Shown here piece by piece: positions 59,918 through 64,000 of a stretch of DNA of 64,000 nucleotides. This DNA is from Candidatus Cloacimonadales bacterium. Its GTDB lineage: Bacteria > Cloacimonadota > Cloacimonadia > Cloacimonadales > JAIOQZ01. The notes beneath the pieces were generated by a model, which was given only the letters and a program-made list of their open reading frames with translations, was not told where the DNA came from and made no database searches. Made by a program: the position numbers and the translations under genes. The stretch is from assembly GCA_963665815.1 (NCBI GenBank), contig OY762463.1:3136001-3200000 (forward strand). Direction: 5' to 3'. Each line of letters begins with the position of its first letter. Position 1 is the first letter of the stretch.

Positions 59918-60370
59918 ATGCATAAGTTTATTCTGGAACAGAATCTTTCTCAGCTTGCAAAATGGCTCAGATTTCTCGGATATGATACTGCTGTATACAA
60001 GAATATATCATTCCAGAATCTGTATCGTATTGCCCAGCAGGAACACCGTATTATTCTGACCAGAGCAAAAGGGCATGTAAGAAAAGATATCAGGTGGCCA
60101 ATAAGGTACATTGAAAAGGATACACGACTGGAGCAGCTACGGGAAATCAAGTCCATGCTGTTTTACAGCAATGACAGAATCATGACGAGATGCAGCGCTT
60201 GTAACAGGGTTTTACGAGATGTAAACAAGGCATATATCAGAGATCTGGTTCCGGCGTACGTATACGAAGAACACGACGACTTCCGTTTGTGTACAAATTG
60301 CGGAAACGTCTACTGGAAAGGCTCACACTATAATGATATTGTAACTACTCTAAGAGGAATTGTGTTGTAG
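59918..60370 (+). CDS. Mut7-C RNase (PIN-like) domain protein
   Basis: LAKWLRFLGYDT, RIILTR, RCSACN, CTNCGNVYWKGSH. Confidence 0.9.
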   Translation: MHKFILEQNLSQLAKWLRFLGYDTAVYKNISFQNLYRIAQQEHRIILTRAKGHVRKDIRWPIRYIEKDTRLEQLREIKSMLFYSNDRIMTRCSACNRVLRDVNKAYIRDLVPAYVYEEHDDFRLCTNCGNVYWKGSHYNDIVTTLRGIVL

Positions 60371-60374
60371 GGGG

Positions 60375-60611
60375 GTAGAACAATGATTATTGTTCCCTAC
60401 ACAGAACGCTCTGGGGCGTCTTATGGAATGCCCTTCGCAATGGTTCGCTAGCGATCCTTGCGAATGGTGGACTTGGTGCACCAAAACAATATAAATATGG
60501 TCGTTTGTATCTACACGGATGATAAACAACACAATCCGATGACTGTCAGTAAATTTCGTAAAGAATATTGCCACAGTCACCGCACTCCTAAAATAGCTGA
60601 TAGAGTGTGCT
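60375..60611. repeat. REP-like palindrome mosaic plus copy B of the dispersed element
   Basis: GTAGAACAATG-at-TATTGTTCCCTAC (60375-60400), GGGGCGT..ATGCCCT (60413-60434), TTCGCAA..TCGCTAGCGA..TTGCGAA (60434-60464); 60502-60611 aligns with 47991-48134. Confidence 0.72.
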
Positions 60612-60856
60612 TGGGTTGCTTGGTTAATTTTGACTTGATAATCAGGTAAGCAGGTTTTCCCTGATCCGAGAATCCTTCGTTTTCACATTCCCAACACTGA
60701 ATATACAGGCAAAATATGCTTTTTACTTGACAGTTTGCAAATAGTTAAAGAAACAGAAGGAAATCAATGGGAGAATTGTATAGTAACTTTATCGCAAGTT
60801 TTTAGTTGTATTTTCAGCAGCTCAGGATATGCAAGACTCTCAAACTTATGAAGGTA

Positions 60857-61717
60857 ATGATGTTTAAAAAGAAAGATAAACCTGTAAAACGTAAAAAAAA
60901 TATTGTTCAGGACTATATAGAAGCAATTCTCTTCGCATTCGTGGTAGCAATGATAATCCGGAATTTTACTTTCCAGAACTTTAAGATTCCTTCTTCATCC
61001 ATGGAATCAACCTTGCTCATAGGTGATTATCTGGTGGCAAACAAACTTGCTTTCGCTTTTTCCGATCCGGAAAGAGAAGATATTGTTACTTTCCGATATC
61101 CTGCAGATCCTGACGAACCTCAGCCTCGCGAGAACTTCATAAAACTTCTGGGACCTGTTTACTGGGACAAAGACAACATGTTCTTTAAATATCATGCCAG
61201 AAAAAACGTTGTGAAACGTGTAATTGGTGTTGCCGGAGATAAAGTCGAAATCAAAAACGGTGTGGTTTATCTTAACGATGAAATTATGCAGGAAGACTAT
61301 TCTCAACGTGTTGACAGTGAATTTCTGCTTTCCAGATACTCTCCCAATGCCGGAAAGATTACCTGGAACAGCAAAAGCAAAGAATATATGCATACTCATG
61401 TCAATTATGGTAATTTCTCAGAAGATGATATGAATCGCTATGATAATAAGGTCATGGGTGACAGGGATAATTTCGGTCCTGTTGTTGTTCCTCCGGGCAG
61501 TTATTTCGTACTCGGTGATAACCGTGATATGAGTAAGGACAGCCGTTACTGGGGATTCCTCAACAGAGAAGATATTACCGGATCACCTGCGATCATCTTT
61601 TTTTCATCAGGTCAACCGCCTGTTAAGTCAATCAGGGAATACATCCGTCGTCAGAATGGCATGGAAAACCCCGGACACAGCATACGCTGGAACAGAATTC
61701 TCAGACTGATAAAGTGA
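60857..61717 (+). CDS. lepB: Signal peptidase I
   Basis: TM, IPSSSMESTL..GD, VKRVIG, GDNRDMSKDSRYWG; start may be 60848-60860. Confidence 0.93.
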   Translation: MMFKKKDKPVKRKKNIVQDYIEAILFAFVVAMIIRNFTFQNFKIPSSSMESTLLIGDYLVANKLAFAFSDPEREDIVTFRYPADPDEPQPRENFIKLLGPVYWDKDNMFFKYHARKNVVKRVIGVAGDKVEIKNGVVYLNDEIMQEDYSQRVDSEFLLSRYSPNAGKITWNSKSKEYMHTHVNYGNFSEDDMNRYDNKVMGDRDNFGPVVVPPGSYFVLGDNRDMSKDSRYWGFLNREDITGSPAIIFFSSGQPPVKSIREYIRRQNGMENPGHSIRWNRILRLIK

Positions 61718-62829
61718 TTAATCACGTATACATACATATACCATTCTGCATAAAGAAATGCGGATATTGCTCTTTCTATTCAGAAACATTTACACAAGAA
61801 CTCTGTTTAATCTACATAAAAGCTCTCAAAAAAGAGATTAAGCAATTTCTTCAGAATAATTCTGTTAAAGCGGACACAATCTATTTTGGTGGTGGGACTC
61901 CATCTTTGCTGAGTGTTGATCTGATTTCGGATATTCTATCACTCTTTGAAAGACAGGACAACTGCGAAATCACACTGGAAACTAACCCGGGAACTGTAGA
62001 CAGCAACTACTTCAATCAGCTCAAGGAAAAGACTCCGGTAAACAGAATCAGTCTTGGGGTGCAGTCACTCGATGAAAAGGAACTTAAGTACCTGCAGAGA
62101 ATTCATAGTGCTGAACAGGTTTACAAGACTGTCAAAGACATCAAAGCTGTCGGTTTCGATAATTTTTCATTAGATCTTATTTACGGATTGCCTGATCAGA
62201 GTATTGAGCAGGTATTGGCAAGCCTCAGGAAAATGGTTGAGCTGAATCCTGCCCATATATCTATCTACAATCTGAGTCTTGAAAAGGACGCTCCACTTTA
62301 TGGTGACCTGGAATGGCTTCCTAATGATGATTTGTGCAACAGGATGTATTACAGTATTTTGGAATATCTTGACAGCGAATCATACAATATTTATGAATTA
62401 TCTAACTTTGCTGAAACAGGTAAAGAGTCCAGACATAATCTTTCATACTGGAACTACAAAAACTATGCGGGATTTGGTGCAGGAGCGTCGGGTTTTGTGA
62501 ATAATATCCGATACAAGAATCCTGAAGATTTGCAGGAGTACTACCGTATTGTGAATGATAACCACATGCCGGACGATGTTGTGGAGCTTACCGAAAGTGA
62601 TATGATTTCCGAATATGCTTTCCTTAATCTACGCAAGACAGAAGGGTTGAATAGGAAGGATTTTAAAAGTCGATTCAACAGAGATTTTTCAGATGTCTAC
62701 GGTGCTGTAACTGCAAAGCTCATGAAGCAAGAACTCCTGGAAGAAGCAGGAGATTATATCAGATTGACACCTGAAGCATATTTTGTTTCTAACTCAGTTT
62801 TTATGGAATTTCTCATTGAGGAGATATAG
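61714..62829 (+). CDS. hemW: Radical SAM heme chaperone HemW (HemN-like)
   Basis: YIHIPFCIKKCGYCSF, YFGGGTPS, YELSNF, HNLSYW. Confidence 0.92.
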   Translation: MINHVYIHIPFCIKKCGYCSFYSETFTQELCLIYIKALKKEIKQFLQNNSVKADTIYFGGGTPSLLSVDLISDILSLFERQDNCEITLETNPGTVDSNYFNQLKEKTPVNRISLGVQSLDEKELKYLQRIHSAEQVYKTVKDIKAVGFDNFSLDLIYGLPDQSIEQVLASLRKMVELNPAHISIYNLSLEKDAPLYGDLEWLPNDDLCNRMYYSILEYLDSESYNIYELSNFAETGKESRHNLSYWNYKNYAGFGAGASGFVNNIRYKNPEDLQEYYRIVNDNHMPDDVVELTESDMISEYAFLNLRKTEGLNRKDFKSRFNRDFSDVYGAVTAKLMKQELLEEAGDYIRLTPEAYFVSNSVFMEFLIEEI

Positions 62830-63939
62830 ATGAATTTATACGACTTACGCAAAAGAATACATAAGATTCCGGAAAGAGGTTTTTCCGAATTCAAAACACA
62901 AGAGCTTATTCTTGAGATATTGAGTAACTATCCGGAACTTACAATAAAGACTTTCGATTTCACTGGGATTATTGCCAGCTATAAAGGCAGTGATTCGGAT
63001 GAATACATTTTATTTCGCTCTGATATGGACGCTCTGCCTATCAGGGAAGAGACTGACTGTGATTTCCGGTCTGAGCATGTAGGCTTTATGCATGCCTGTG
63101 GACATGATATTCACATGACGATCCTCCTGGGACTTATCGACAGGCTGATGGCAGACAAGCCCAAAGCAAACTATCTGTTTGTATTCCAACCCGCAGAGGA
63201 AGGACTGGGAGGAGCTGAGAAGCTTTTAGGCTCGGGATATCTCGATCAGTTTTGCATAAAGGAAGCGTATGCCCTGCATGTGTCAGGTGATTATCCTGTA
63301 GGCACTGTGGCAACCAACGATAAGATCCTGTTCGGTATTCCTCAGGAATTTAAAGTCAACTTCCATGGTAGAAGCTCCCATATAGCCTTTCCAAACAGAG
63401 GAAAGGACGCACTGGCTGCAGGTGTGCAGTTTTACCAGACAATGCAGACTCTGATGAATCTGGAATTTCCGGCAACAGAACCTGTGATTTTCTACATTGG
63501 AACCTGCCACGCAGGCAATGTGATGAATGCAGTCCCGGATAACTGCGAGTTTGAAGGAACTACCCGAAGCCTGACTAAGGATAATCACGATAAAATCAAT
63601 ATGCTGATTGAGCGAACTGCTGATAGTATCGCCCGGGCTTATGGATTGGAAAGCGAAGTTGAGTTTCTCAATACCTATGATCCGGTAGTTAACAGCCCTG
63701 AACTCTACAGAAAACTCGAAGAGCTGTTACCGAAGAACGTTAACTTAAGATATGTTGAACCACTGATGACAGGTGAGGACTTTGGATTCTTCACAACGAA
63801 GTATAAGGGATTGCTTTTCTGGCTTGGAGCCGGGGAGAAGAGCGGAGATCTGCATTCGGAAAAGTTTCTTCCGAATGAGAAGTGTATTGATGTAGGAATA
63901 AACGTTTTACATGCTTTGGCAGTAAAAAATATTGACTGA
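62830..63939 (+). CDS. M20D amidohydrolase (N-acetyldiaminopimelate deacetylase-like)
   Basis: HKIPE, RSDMDALP, MHACGHD, FQPAEE, GEDF, LHS. Confidence 0.88.
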   Translation: MNLYDLRKRIHKIPERGFSEFKTQELILEILSNYPELTIKTFDFTGIIASYKGSDSDEYILFRSDMDALPIREETDCDFRSEHVGFMHACGHDIHMTILLGLIDRLMADKPKANYLFVFQPAEEGLGGAEKLLGSGYLDQFCIKEAYALHVSGDYPVGTVATNDKILFGIPQEFKVNFHGRSSHIAFPNRGKDALAAGVQFYQTMQTLMNLEFPATEPVIFYIGTCHAGNVMNAVPDNCEFEGTTRSLTKDNHDKINMLIERTADSIARAYGLESEVEFLNTYDPVVNSPELYRKLEELLPKNVNLRYVEPLMTGEDFGFFTTKYKGLLFWLGAGEKSGDLHSEKFLPNEKCIDVGINVLHALAVKNID

Positions 63940-63990
63940 TATTCAGACAAAAACTTGTTTTGTATAAACATAAAAAATATTGGAGGATAA

Positions 63991-64000
63991 ATGAGTTACC
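63991..64000 (+). CDS. 5' end of next gene (truncated by window)
   Basis: GGAGG SD followed by ATG at 63991. Confidence 0.5.

Noticed and set aside
60350-60580. 76-aa minus-strand ORF
   Set aside because: Runs through palindromic repeats, has no SD, and substitutions versus copy A fall at its first codon positions
47991-60611. The two repeat copies as a DGR template/variable pair
   Set aside because: Substitutions are not adenine-specific (e.g. C/G), neither copy ends a target gene, and no reverse transcriptase is in the window

Overview
An AT-rich, gene-dense chromosomal window from a diderm anaerobic bacterium. Gene content and style (C25/PorV/FlgD-Ig-type surface proteins, pgsBCW, long SRP RNA, archaeal/eukaryote-type ProRS) suggest the FCB superphylum, probably Cloacimonadota; this is inference. 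Most of it is a co-oriented housekeeping super-operon (hisS, proS, cinA, purD, ispE, prs, rplY, pth, rpsF-ssb-rpsR-rplI, rpe, ffh-rpsP-khpA-rimM-trmD-rplS, ackA, lepB, hemW), plus tRNA-Leu(CAG) and a large SRP RNA. A >1700-aa repetitive surface protein missed by the ORF track runs off the left edge. Main oddities: (1) a complete FliG with no other flagellar gene, followed by a domain-permuted (C-then-M) FliG paralog; (2) a PorU-like C25 / PorV / lipoprotein / mini-Wza / Wzc module in the housekeeping operon, whose Wzc has a 12-Tyr run and overlaps ispE by 65 bp; (3) a pgsB-pgsC-pgsW poly-gamma-glutamate locus followed by an outer-membrane barrel; (4) two intergenic mosaics of REP-like palindromes sharing a diverged ~110-bp element with codon-periodic substitutions; (5) a sigma54-driven orphan small gene; (6) a hairpin-rich 345-bp spacer upstream of ricT. 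No CRISPR array, integrase, transposase or prophage was seen. All calls were made by eye, with no database searches.
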